This document shows positions 40,091-53,530 of a stretch of DNA of 62,000 bases, piece by piece (the stretch's first letter is position 1; every line of letters starts with the position of its first letter). The notes under the pieces were generated by a model. The model saw nothing but the letters and a program-made list of their open reading frames with translations. It did not search any database and was not told where the DNA came from. Origin of the DNA: Acanthaster planci (Eukaryota); contig NW_019091404.1 of NCBI RefSeq assembly GCF_001949145.1, positions 682,001 through 744,000 on the forward strand. The letters are read 5' to 3'. Position numbers and translations under genes: made by a program.

Positions 40091-41322
40091 CTAAATGAAA
40101 TTGGGACGGATCTTGAAACATCTTTCCAAAGGCCAAGGAGGTGGACAAGTGAAATCAGATAGATGAGTCACTGTGCTCCCGTCAGTGCCAACAACCCAGT
40201 CTAATAATAAATCTGACAGAGTCCCTCCTAAAGTTCAGCACATTAATGTTTGCCAGCATGGAACCACGTGACTACATTCCTCCACATTCCTGTCGCGCCG
40301 CACAGGCACGATACGTTCAGCGCGGCAACGCTCGACAAATCTCCGGCGGCGCGCAGAGATTTATCCCCGGCACGCCTGTTTATATTCGCGTTAACTAATC
40401 ATCTCAAAACAAGATCCAAATTAAGGGACAGAAAAAACATCTCGGCAATGCGATCCTGAAACCAAACGATGCCCTGCCGCCAACTACTACCGTAAATTGG
40501 AAACCCTAGCCCCATGCTCTTCCTGATCTGTCAACCTGTAGGTGATGCCGTTCATGCAAACAGCAACAGAGGGGTGAAAAAGATACCTTAATTACACTTA
40601 GCTTTAACTGTGCTACAAACCCCTGGCCGACTGTAACGCCAAGACCCTTCAATCACTTTGGCTTGAGAACAACCCAGGGATCAACAGCATCCGCTCTTCT
40701 CCCCCCCCCCACATTTTATTTTACCTCGGAGGTGAGACAATACCTGCAGTCTAGACCTTTCCAGTCCCTGCGGCTCAACGTGCTATCACGTTATTCACCT
40801 GCCGTCACTTGTGGTGCTTGCCCCGATTTGTAAAATCGAGACCTCAAAGTGGGACGTTATTAGGAACATAACTGAATGGGCACTACAGGCACTGACAGCG
40901 TAGCTGTCCCTTGAGATCATGGAGGGGTTTTTAGTCTCTGAAATGAATAATGGAAAATGGGGCAAGCACAATGAAACGACGGTTGAATATCACCGTCTCT
41001 CCTCGCTTAGTTGTGCTCAGAAATGGCCTTAAACCAAAACAAAACAACAGTTTTAAGCAGTAGAATATAAAGGGCCAATTGCAAGCTCTTTCTTTATGTG
41101 TATAAAACGCAGCCTGGTTCATGGCTACGGCGTTCAATTGCAGGGACGGGGTACCAGAGTGCTGAATCAATTAATACCACCCCCCCCAAAAAATTAATGT
41201 ACGCACAACATTCTGTAGATCTGAGAGGGATGGTGTTCAACCATAAGAGCAGTGTAAAGACAGTGGTTTAGGGCACTTTCAAAATGAAGACCAGAATGGA
41301 AAAGCGGATCATTCACATGCGG

Positions 41323-41340
41323 CTCTCTCTCTCTCTCTCT
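41323..41340 (+). repeat. (CT)9 microsatellite
   Basis: CTCTCTCTCTCTCTCTCT. Confidence 0.9.
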
Positions 41341-42792
41341 GAGTTGAGTCACTGTTTCTCTTTCTCTTCCCACGAAGAGAAACTGTCCTCCCCCCAAATA
41401 TGCCTCAGGGCAGAAAACCCTGAATGGCACTTAAAGCTCAGTCAGTCTTGCTCCGCTGCATCACAAAGGCTTGCACGCTTAGGATGAGGAGAGCACGTCT
41501 TGTCACCACGAGTCCCTGCATTTTGGGTTCACTCTCCTGTACAGTGTGAATGTTTTTGTTAGCCAAGATCTGCTTCCTGCTGGCAAGTGAGATGGAGGTA
41601 CTGATGAAAGTTCGGACACGTGATTAAGTCCACCGAGGCAGAGAGTGTGGGCATCAAGGCTCAGATTTACTGTTCACAACACTTTATGAGCTGGATCTCT
41701 GAGTAGCACTCCCTAATCTGTCCACTTTTTCAGCTTGGATGTTGATGAAGCACGAGTAATTCTGTGCAAAGGCACCGCAGAATTTTGAAAACAAAATAAT
41801 GAGAAGTCTGCGGCACAACTCAAACAACTATAAACTGAGTTTCCCTAATTGATTAGTTTGTTCCGTGCTTCTGGCTGGAATCTTCTGCACATCATAACAC
41901 TGGTGACAACACAAACTTTGTTACACTTAAATCAGAAATGCTCTCTATGAAAAACACTGTGAAGTGTTTCCATGCTTAATAGTAACTCAGGCAAACGATT
42001 GTACTTTCCGGTTGGGCAACTGTACGTGCAAAACTTTTTCCTTCAAAGATTTCCATAATTTCCACACAATTATCGGGATCTCCAATTAAAATTACTGAGA
42101 CTGTCATGCCACAAAAGATCACCTCTTGATATCTCAAAGTCTTACCTTCTAATTGAAAAACAAGTCTGTGGTGAAATTTCCATCAGATTCAGCCTCGATC
42201 GTCACTGACAGGCATTTTCTTTCAAGGACAGCATTTAAAGACAGCAGAGAAGATAGCCTTTACAGTAATCAGGGTTCGATTCTGTGGGCATGCTTCATTA
42301 CAAATTAAAAAAAATCAGGCAAAAGGGAGAAAAAATTAAGTGATCTCGCTGGGACAGTGCCCGCACTCGTTTCCTGTAGTGTCGGTTTCGGTTTCAACTT
42401 AAAAAGCCATTATGGGCGCACTCATGAATATGGAAGCCATAATGGCTCCCGGCATCGACAAGATCTGACAAGTGTGCAGAGAGGCATCTATTATAGGACA
42501 CAATTGCCAGACTTCTGAAGGAGAGATGTATAAAGAGGGGAACAGATGAAAACTGGACTCTCGAGACTACTCCCTTCCTCTTGGGACTGTCAAATAAAGA
42601 GGCAGAGAACTTATCTCTTGAGTATGAACTATATATATCAAAGCATCTTCAGTGCATATTCATGTGTCTAATGTGCTTGGGTGTCCTTTAATTCGAAGAA
42701 GTTTTAGTCACTTGAAAAATCACTTGAGTTTAATGACTCCACTTGGATTTATCAAATGGATTCACTACAAAAATAATCAAATGTAATTAAAG

Positions 42793-42830
42793 TGGTGTTA
42801 TAAATGGTGTTATAAATGGTGTTATAAATG
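42793..42830 (+). repeat. 12-bp minisatellite x3
   Basis: TGGTGTTATAAA three times, then TG. Confidence 0.95.
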
Positions 42831-42973
42831 AAAGAAGAGCAAATCAGTCCACCATCCAAATTAACTCCGTCACGATCCATCCCTTAATCCAGTTGGATCT
42901 TGGCCAAGAGTCAAAGATTCACATAGTGTAATTTGAAGCATTTAAGAGTTACATAAAGCAACTAATACTGACT

Positions 42974-43042
42974 GAAATGGGATTCGAACCAGTGACCTCT
43001 GTGATACCGGATCGGTGTTCTACCAACTGAACTATCCAACCC
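42974..43042 (-). mobile_element. tRNA-derived SINE-like head (pol III A and B boxes)
   Basis: Minus strand GGGTTGGATAGTTCAGTTGGTAGAACACCGATCCGGTATCACAGAGGTCACTGGTTCGAATCCCATTTC: A box TAGTTCAGTTGG, B box GGTTCGAATCCC. Acceptor and anticodon stems are disrupted, so it is not a functional tRNA. Confidence 0.75.
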
Positions 43043-46000
43043 AGGCGAGCAAACTGCCAATTTCATGAATGTCTTTGTGGGGCACTGACGGAAGCCTTAA
43101 CAAGTCATTTACGCCATGTGGAACAAAGACCACTCCCCATTAAGTTGCAAAACTGGAACCAGCATCAGAAATTCTGCAAAACTTAGAAACGGCAATAAGC
43201 CAGTTTGGTATTCCAACAACGCATGCTGGGTACAAGGCTATTCAGGAACAGCTACACGCACGGACGCGATAGTCTGTCCTATCAGCACAGCCATACGCTG
43301 ACTCACACGTGCGCTTTGTTCCCGAAAGACCTTGGCTTTTTGAAAAACCGAACTGCCCCATTGAGGATTTCTAACACTGGCTGTAGCTTGGATTTACTTG
43401 TGGAATTTTTCAGCGCAGAAACACCTGGTACAAACTGCACCCTGCCTATCTACATGTACAACTGCACCCTCTTTCCTTCTTTCTTCCCTCTGTGAATATA
43501 CAGCGCTCTCTTTCCGCAGCGTATCTGTTTTGGAATGAGCTGTTTCAAGCCTACGTCAGCCTTGAACATAATGCATTAAAAGCCAAACTGCTGCTGAAGC
43601 GAAGCCGAAACCGTGACAATGAGGGTTTAAATTGAATAAATTTCTGACGCTTGCCCTGATCGCCGATTACGATTCACTGGGGATTGCCATTTCAAGGACT
43701 TGTTGGATATGCTGGCAGACAAGCAGATGCAAGCAAATGCTATGGAAAAGCATTAATGACAACTGGTGAAGTGTGAACAGTTGGCTTGGAGAAAAACATA
43801 CATTTGATTATTATATGTGGCCTGTACCAGTTTTATATATATGTCATACACAAAATTAGTTATAGATGGGAAGATTGTTGAAAATCTTTACGATCAACAT
43901 TCACTGAAAAATTTATTCCCTTCTGAGAACGTAATTATGCACACGTTTGCTGGCTGTGCTATCAGGCCGCTCAGCAAACCTTGGGCTATGACTTCTTTGG
44001 TTTCGGCTCGTTGATCATTCAAACAGAGAACAGTGCTCGGCTGTATGCATTTCTCGGAGGACTCAGGCAACTTAACAATTTAGGCACCAGCTTGAATGTG
44101 GGCAGTGCATTTTTGCTTCCAGAATTTCTGAATTTTGAAATGTAATGAAGTTTCTCTTTTGATCCCCTCCTACAGTTTAACAATTTAAAACTGTTGTGTA
44201 AATTGACCAAAAAACCCCCATCATATTGAAAACTGGCAGATGACAATTAAGAAAAAATTGGCCCTATTGCCTGATGAAAAGAAAACCGTACTGGAATGGG
44301 TGGATGTGCTTACAGCTGATATACTGAGAGCTGAGGTAGCAATATGACCCCTGGAATGTAGTGCTAAATATCAGACTGAAAAAAAATATTCTTCAGAAGG
44401 TTTGACATGCAACTATCGCATGTTCCAACCAAAATGTTAGCATCTTTCACTAAGGCTATCCAATAGAAGAAGATCAGTGCAAAGTTAATAGCCTCCAGTT
44501 TCTCCTTTAGCTACTTAAAACTGCATCAACTCGGCTAAGACAAAACTAACAAGCTAACTCCCACACAGGGTGATTAAGAATTCTACTTTTAAGAGAGTTT
44601 AAGACTATACTGACAATCAGTGTCAGAACGCTCTACATGAGGACACTGCCTCTAGTGGGCCTCAGGAAATGTCAACGAAGCTGCAAGTCCAAGGATATTC
44701 CTCAGAATCGCGGCATGGGGGAGTTTGCATTTTCTCGACAGCCGCACTGGATGATCTCTGGCCTAGATTGTGCTTTACCTGCAGACTTCTAAAAGGCTAT
44801 GCATCCATAAAAGATGTAAAGGATACTGTAAATGCTCAGATTTACATTTTCAACAACACAAAACTGAAGCACTGTCATTTTCTCTCACAAGGCATCGTTT
44901 GCTGAGGTATGCTTTGCTTTTAAGACAACGCTCTTGTATTTCTTACAAATTTTGTTTAAAGATACCATCAAGCTGAGGTACCCATAAACCAGTCTTCGTG
45001 TATATATTCGAGTAGTTTTCCTGTGGTCAAAACAAAGGGACATTTTTGAATAGCTGAAAGCATATTCAGTTGAAGGTGACCCCGTGAATGCAAGAAAGAA
45101 AACTGATTAAAACTGGATTTGGATCTACATGTACAAACCCTAGTGCACAAGTGTTCAGTCAACTGGCCCTATATCCTGCCACTCTCCTTGTCTCTTTTTC
45201 ATGGGTAAATTACGAGGGAAAACAAAAATCAAGGGGCAAATTTTGGGGGTTTTTTTGGGGGGGGGAAGCTTGATGAAGTATTTCTAATGTTGTGCATTTG
45301 GGCATCCCTCATGACTTACAGGCCCATCGTCCATTTGCAATTCATTAAGGCACGGCTGACATTTCTGACCACCTTCATTATCGAGCAATCTCATGGAAAA
45401 CAAAAACCACAGCGTCTCGCCGGAAGGGCAGCCACATCGTCAGAGCAAGGGTAAACTTGATTAAAGCAAACTCGAGCATGAGCTTCATCTGTGCCATCCG
45501 CAATTTGTGTTTTGCAAAGCAAACTCTGCATGAGCAAAGATTACAATTTCCAATGGGGACGTTGAGCCAAAATGAGAAGTCATGAGACAGTAGTTACTTA
45601 TGCATTGTTCTTTCTGTTTGATCTTGCTTTGCATCAATGCTATTCAGCTAAAAAACACCTCAATCCTACTGCAACTGGAATTCTTAAAAGTTGCAATGTT
45701 TCTGTTTACTTCAGCACAAATATACAAACTTCAGGTATGTTTCTTAGGTCTTAAACCACGACCCCTTTCCTCAACCCTCTTCCTGAGCTCATATAGGAGC
45801 ACACCCTTCCCTGCTAATCTATTAATAGTAACTTAAAGATTCTAAGAATGTCTTCATTTCACCTCATATGCAGTCGGGTAAATTCCAAATTTTCGTCAAT
45901 GAAGGACAAACTAACTGTTAACATGTTTCAGCATTGTTAGGAAGAAAAAGACAGTATAAGAGAAAATGTTTCTCTTTCAATTCTTTCATAATGCTACGAG

Positions 46001-48243
46001 TACATGTATTTAAGTAGTAGCACACAGTACCCGGTGCGTACTTGGTCATTAAAATCCAACCGGTCAATCAACCTCCCTGCTCTCCCCCCCCCAAAAAAGG
46101 TCATGCAACAGTTTGCTCCAGCGAGATCGCAAAAAACACAAGTGCAGAGTACCCAGAAGTCACCTTGACCAATGGAGCAAAAAAGCGCACCGGAAGACTT
46201 CATGGCAGAGGAAAGATCCATCCCCATACGTTCCTCCGCAGTTCCCAAATAGGCCCTGCACACACAAACATTCCACTGGCGAGAGTGACACATTTCACGC
46301 TTAATTAGCCCTCCCTGTTCATCAGCCGTAAAAAGCTCCACCCTCTTTTGTGTGCCCCCACATGCACTTTTCAACGTAAGCAACAAAAGCACTAGCCAAA
46401 GGTTGGTTGGAGTCACATCCTCGATCAAATGCTAGAGTCTGACATTTCAGCTGAAAGCACTTCTCTCTGCTAAACCAGAAGCGAGAAAACTGAGGCAAAA
46501 CTGTACAGACTTAAAATGAGACGTTTCTTATGATACACTCCCACTGGCTGGATTGCGTAAGCCTGTCAGATGCATTTTAATTTGTTTGTGAACCGACAGT
46601 GACTTACAAAAACAGTTTGCAAAGAATCAGTCTACATACAAACCATATACTCACACACCCACCCCCCAACAACACATACATGTACCCCGACTCACACAAA
46701 TCATTTTCTATCTATATGAACATAACATGTAAACAGGCATATTGTCCTGTACATTATTGATTTCTAACATCTAGAATCAAGGTTTCCTAGTTCTATGACC
46801 TGCTGCAATATATGCCCAACATGCCACTTAACAGAAGTTTACAAGATTCCTGCAACTGGTCCATTAAAAAAAAAGACACTTCTGCTTCATAGGCTTCAAA
46901 TCTGTTCACTTTAAATCCCTTAAAAACGGTACTCTGCTCCTCGTATCAACCTTTTTTTTTTTAAAAACCCTTCATCTTTTTCTCCTTTCCATTCGGCTCC
47001 AAAGCCTTTGAACATTGCCGCTTGCAACATTAAACGTAATCCACACAAAATGCTGTATTTTTTCCTATGCACGTAATAACCCTCGTCCTTTCCTTTTGCT
47101 TCATTTTTTTTCAATGGCGTATGTTAAAGAATGTAAACATTACTCTATGTTTTGATCGAATGGGCAGAAGTGGAGCTCTTTCGGCAAACTAAAAAATTCC
47201 AACGTGCCGCTGATCCCCTGACTGGTAAAACACAGCTGTGTTTGACTCTGTGGATGAATTACAGACGGGCTCATTGAGGTACTGAGTCCAAAGCTGCCGG
47301 CTACGGCTGGGTCTAGCCCTCCCCCATTGGAAATACAGCAGGCAAAGCAGTCTGTCTATCGATCCTCGTCACAATTTACAGGGTGACACATGCATTCAGC
47401 TCAGTAGTAAGCTGCCTGCTGAATCAGTGAAACCAAATCAGCTCTTGTGGAGACAGAGAAACTTAAAGCAAGATTGTAAGCTTGGGCAAGAAGATGATGC
47501 CTTATGTCTGCCCTTATCTTTCCTTGTCTTTCGGGTAATACAACTCTACACCAAAGTTGGAATCGCTCATACAGTGACACTGTTCATTATCATTTGTAAG
47601 TCCTGAGCAACAAGAGTTTGTTTTCAAGTTGAAAGTGGAAATAGAATGTAAAGATACCACCAATTATTTCATTGTTTCAGTTTGGAAAAATATGTGTTTG
47701 TTTCTGATTACACGTAAATAAATAAGGCCAATAATACGACCAATGCCCACTTCTGCATCGAATTCCCCTTTTTGGTGGACACATGGTAAACTGATTGAAG
47801 TTACAAGTCTGCCTTTGCCTTGTGAAAGTACTTTCTAAATTCCATGCCTGTTGACCATGCATGCCCTCCCAGCCACAGGAAAAACTGCCCTTTCGTAACC
47901 GTTTAAACATTCAGTAAACACAGCATTTAAATAAATGGAAAACTTGCGTGTAAATATTTATTTAACCTATTATTCTTCCGTTTAGGTTTTAAAATGACTG
48001 TCAAGTTGATTATTTACAGATCAGTTGTTGAAGGAGGTAAGGAGAATGCAAAATGGTAAGATGCCAGCAACAGAACGTGAAATGTCAAGTCTGGACATGA
48101 TTTCCAACAACAGCAGGGGTAATTCTTACAATCTGTTCTAACTGCGTGACAGGAAAGCTGGCAAATGCACAAAGAAAAACTGAACGCTGAATATTTCATA
48201 TGCCATATTTTCTCAAAAGCTCCGTTTCCACAGCAGCGGTGAA

Positions 48244-48275
48244 TATAGTCATCAAATGTTATAGTCATCAAATGT
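48244..48275 (+). repeat. 16-bp tandem duplication
   Basis: TATAGTCATCAAATGT x2. Confidence 0.9.
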
Positions 48276-51200
48276 AAACTAGCATGACAAATGCAGCCAC
48301 TGTACCGTTAAGTGCTGATGGCGTTGAGCATATTGATGCAGATAGCTATAACTGTTCAGGTCATGCAGACAAATCCAGAACATGACCCTCCATTTCCATC
48401 CGCAATTCCCCCCTCCCCAACCGACCAAAAGCAACATAACTGGCCAAGAAAAGGACAAGAAAAAAAGGGCTGTCCTACATTCCCTGAAGAACTCTCCAAC
48501 CACACGGCGCATTGTAAGAAGGAAGGGGGGGGAAAAAACAGAAAAGAAGAGGATGTTACAGAAAAAGAACGAGGGAAAAATGGAGGATCTCATGCTCCTG
48601 GGCTAATCTAATTGCCACTCAAACAAGCTGGAGGAATCGAATTATCTGGGGGGAAAAATTGCACGAATCGCTTCTGAAGCACACTCGCTGGCGACGGGAT
48701 CTCATCAAAACTGAACGAGGGTGGGTGTGAGGGTATGTGTGTGTGGACGTGTGAATGGGCGCGGGGGCTCGAAGCCACTGGAAATGTCCCCTTTTTTGGG
48801 GAAAGCACATATTCAGGACTTTTAACGACTGGATATACACGCTAAGTACTTTCATCAGCCCTGGTCACCTAAATGTAAGTGCCATTTATGACATTACCCC
48901 CTGCAAGTCACATGACAGCAAAAATATGAAAAATATTGCCATATGTTTTGTGAGTTACAATTTTTTTCAACAAAGCATGAAAACAAAGTGTCTCTTAAAG
49001 AAACAGCTAAGCTCATGTTCACACAAACAAATGATTTCAACATGGTCTTGGAATAACCAGTATACACATGTGTTTTTGAGTTAACATTCCTTGAAAAGAT
49101 GCTTGCCGTGAAAACACATTCATGCTGCCACTGCAGTCATTACAGTCCACTCACGTCTGATGTCGGCCACATCCTCAGTGGTCAAATGAGCTATTCTGGC
49201 CATCAGAAAAAACATTTGGAGTGCCCACTCAACAGGGCTTTATACTCCGTGGCATTCTTTTCTGAGGAATCCAAATTACCTAAAAGGAACTGACTGTTCA
49301 CACAGAGATCTAAGAAAAACAATATGTTCGCGGGCTCATGCCAAAAATGGGACATCAGTTACTCCTCCGATGTACAGGGTCTTGAGATGACAGAGAGACT
49401 GGGTATTCTTGTGATTTTACCGCGCGCACCGACATCATAAAGCCAAGAACATGTCCCATTACAGTAACACAATGTGCTAGACAAACCCTGACAGACGGCG
49501 GGAGCATCATGTAACTTTAAGCATCACCTTCCGGTATTTTTGGAACAATCTGCCTCCCGTTAACATATTCTGGACAACAGGCGTGCATAGCATGCAGTGA
49601 CCCTTCCGATGTCAGCTACTGTGATTTTGTTTTGAGCTTACATGTATGTTCTTCGGCAGCTTAGGGGAGGGGGGGATGCCAGCTCAGTCATCAGAGGTTT
49701 TCATTTCTACTCCCAGTGAAACTGATCAGCTATGTATAAGCGCTGTGAAGTCCCCCCCCCACCGCATGCTGGAGCATTTAAATTAGTCACCCCTTATTTG
49801 AGGCATAAAAATCCTAACGGAGGGAAGGGTACATTATGATGCACAAGAGCATACCTCGCATTTGGGATTTTGCAGGGCTGTTGAGGCGCGACTGATACCC
49901 TGGCCGAGGCTTGTTGTTGGTGAAGCAATCAGCACGCGTCAGCTGCACTGGGTGAGAAATGGGGCCCGATGTCTTCCTCCCCTAGGCTAATTTGGGGGGG
50001 GGAGGGAGTAAGCTTGCTGATCGGGTTAAAACCATTGACTGTCAAAATCAAATTGTCATTAGCAATGAAGATTGGAAGTTGCCAGGTACGCAGCTCATTG
50101 CTGACGATGGAGCTGTGCACTGTTCATCATCAACGTTTGTAATTCCTTTGACATGACTATTGAAGGAGGGTGGACCAAGCCTTGACAATTACAACACAGC
50201 AGAGGTAAACAACAGCTTTTCGTTCAGGGTGGGAGTTTTATTTTTCATATCTTCTCAAAAAAGGGTAATGCCATTGCACCTCAGAAAAAGTGACACCACT
50301 TTGTTTTTTTTCCGGAGAATGTCAGCGATTAAAATGGCAGTACGTACTGGCCTCTGTGACAACAGTGCATCGAATGACAACATGATCAGAGGTGAAAATT
50401 TACAACTTCCCTATGCGATACAAGGTGTGGCATAATGATGCTGTGTATAGAGAAAGCTGTTTCAGAGCCGAGAGACTCTAGGAGTTGCCAGGCATGTAGA
50501 CGGCTTCAAACAAGGCCTGTAATTTCACACTTGTAAGTGTTCGGTAAATCTTCAAAGGGCTTGACGGTCGGTGAGATATAACTCCTACGTGAAGACTGGA
50601 CAGGCAATAGACAAGCATATGGCCATGTACTTGAGAGACAGACACACCACTTGACAACCACTCGAAGTAAGAAACAGGAAGAGGAAAAATAGCCTAACTT
50701 GAAATAAAACCAAATGATGTACATTTGTAGCACTCGGCTTACTTCAGCAGGCTCAAGCCAGCAAGATTCTGCATATAATTAAAACTTTGTCAAGGAGATT
50801 AGGGTCATTTGAAGGAGAATCGGCTGGCTTAAGATTCTGCCGGTCTCATTACATGGCTAAAGGTACTTTCTTAAAATTCTGTGTGAATATTATATCCGTG
50901 CTTCTTGTAGTACAGCACAGTTAAAAGTTTCCATCCCATTGGACAAAGGATTGTTATTACTCATAATTCAGAAAGAATGTAGGTGTGGATCTCCACTCCA
51001 TCTGTCACACGGTTAAAGGTGATACAACTTTCTTATTTCTTTCCTTTCCAGAAAACTCAGGCCCGTAACAAGACTTTCAATTTAAACACCTTGAATTAGA
51101 AAAAAAGACAAATCAGGGGTGGGGCTTTAGACAAACATAAAGGAATGGTCAGTGGTGATGAGAATAACATACAGAACAACACGATTCCCAGAAGTTACGT

Positions 51201-53434
51201 GTAGATGGATGCTCGGACATACACAGATGAAGATTTATAAAGACCACCTGAAAATGAAGAAAAGGGGGAAGACAGGCTGGCAACAGCAAGTGGAGCAAGG
51301 AGATGTATTGAAATCCTGTGCAGATGAGCTGCACAGTGAAAACCATGGCAAATTCTCGCAAGGGAAGCTGGCCGGCAGGACACTGTGAGGAAAGATCTGG
51401 AGAGACGTGCAGTCAGGAGAAGAGATGCTGGAAGATGGATGCATCTGAAGAATAAATGAGACGGACAGTTCCGGGTAGGCATTTCATGGGGAGGAAGGGA
51501 TGTAAGAATACAGGTTGAAAAAAAAACCAAGAGGCACTTAGGTAACAAACAGATCAAGCTGAGATCCATTTGCACTTTGTTTAAGACACTTAACAACAAA
51601 GAAACATAAGAACCTAGGAATGGGAGGCAGAAATTAACTTAAAATATAACTGAAGTATCCATTAATATTCCAATTCTGATACTTTGAAAAGAAACCTTGT
51701 ATTGCATTTATAAAGCAAAACTTCAATCTACATGTTGATTAGGAAGGAATTTGAACCCATCCACTGAGGAGAAGGCAAAGTCAATTACCGATGAGATAAC
51801 CTATTTATGAAGCTTATCAGTGATTTTTTTAATCTCCTGAAACTGTAACACAAATTTACGTTTCCATGACTGACATTTTATCTGATTGAGAGTTCAGTGC
51901 ACCGCCAGAAATCTGATATCTGATAATGTACATGTAACTTCCAACTTGCTGTCAAAGTAACTTTCCTCTTTGAGTATTTGTTTATCAAAGGACTACTGCG
52001 ATGCCAGTTTGATGCCAGTCTCTATCAATTAACTGAAGGAGAAACAATGGATCATTCAAAACATCTGGCGACAAAAAGCACTCAGCACCAGTGCCCCTTT
52101 TTGTGTGGAGTTTCACCAACAAATGCGCTGTCCAAGGAAGCTTGGTGACCAGCAGTGTGCAATTTGAAACCCAGTGCACGCAGCTGCAAGGGGAAAAGAG
52201 GATAGGGGACTAAAAAAAAAAGTTAGCACAAGCCTTGTTCATCCACTGAAACAACTGGACAATTTGGGGGTGCTTACTTGTATGTTAACTCTCAGTACCA
52301 TGTGTAAGTATTTTGCTGCACCCGCACAGTGAATCAACCTAATGGGACACCAGCTCTAGGTGAAAAAAAAATAACTAATTCGTGCATGAAGTCCACAGCT
52401 GGTGGACCTGAACTTTACAAAATAACATGAACTGTGCCTTGGCCAAACAGGACTTGATTCAGAATTCTAGTGAGTGTACAAGGAATAAGACCTTCAACAT
52501 CATTCCATAAGAAGATCAACATTTCAAGGTTTGGCACGAAGTGCCGTCAAATCAGGCTCCTCCTGCAACGATAAAAGTATGGAAGCTGCCACTCCGTGAA
52601 ACCCTGCAAATCAACGGGGCCAACACTGCCTCTCCCAACCACAGGCACTGACGGGAATGATTCAATTAACCACCAAGCTCTTTACAATAATACCTTATCA
52701 AAATCCCCATCAGGCATTATCATAACACAGGCTTCCATCTAATGGGATAATGTCTGCTCCCTGGCCCGCAAACACTTGGGAAACGATTCCCAGAAAAAAG
52801 ATGATGGCATACATACATGTACACCAGCTGTCTGAAGGATGACGCTGAGGCGAAACAGACTGTCTACCGTTATGTTTTGCCTTGGACGATTATTTTTCAT
52901 AGAAAAAAGGAAACTCTTCTACATGTAAATCATCAAGCACAAAGACTAGATATAATTCTGGATGAGAAACTTACTCTCCAGCATTTACATGTACATACTA
53001 AATGGTCGAGCATGACCATCTATGTTTAATTTGACAAATGCTTCATGAAAACAGAGTTTCAATGTTTCACTTTTGGCCAAAACTCTAGTTGCAAGAAGGA
53101 GATGCAGGAAGTAAAGACTCTGCCTTGGGACGTTGACCACATTAAACATTTGCTTGAAAATATCTTTGAAATATCCCCTTCCACCATGCAACACTCCCCC
53201 TCCCCCCGGAAAACTTCCGTGGCAACACCCACACCTGGACGGCTTGTTTGTGTAATGACAGGCCATCTATTAAGGAGGTCCACTTAAATTATTAGTTCAA
53301 GGATGCCAAGGCAAAGGAAGATGGGCAAAAAGAGTCCAAATGCAACTGTCTTGAATATACAGAGTTTTATTTACGCGTCAACTTTTGGGGGTTCAAATGT
53401 TTAGGTTTGATTTCAATTAACTATAATTCAAATC

Positions 53435-53530
53435 TCTTCTTATTCCTATATTCCGGTCTTATTCCTTCATTATTTTACTCTTATATTCCCCAATTCCTTT
53501 ATTTTCTTTACATCTAATTCCTTATTCCCT
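53435..53530 (+). repeat. Degenerate (TTATTCC)n low-complexity tract
   Basis: Repeated TTATTCC/TATTCC/AATTCC units. Confidence 0.55.

Noticed and set aside
42974..43042. Functional tRNA gene
   Set aside because: A and B boxes are present but acceptor and anticodon stems do not pair; called as a SINE-like head instead.
44644..44661. CTCF-like CCACTAGAGGCAGTG (minus strand)
   Set aside because: Needs a 1-nt gap inside the core to fit the consensus.
45345..45365. miR-124-like TAAGGCACG
   Set aside because: Only the first 9 nt match and there is no complementary hairpin arm.
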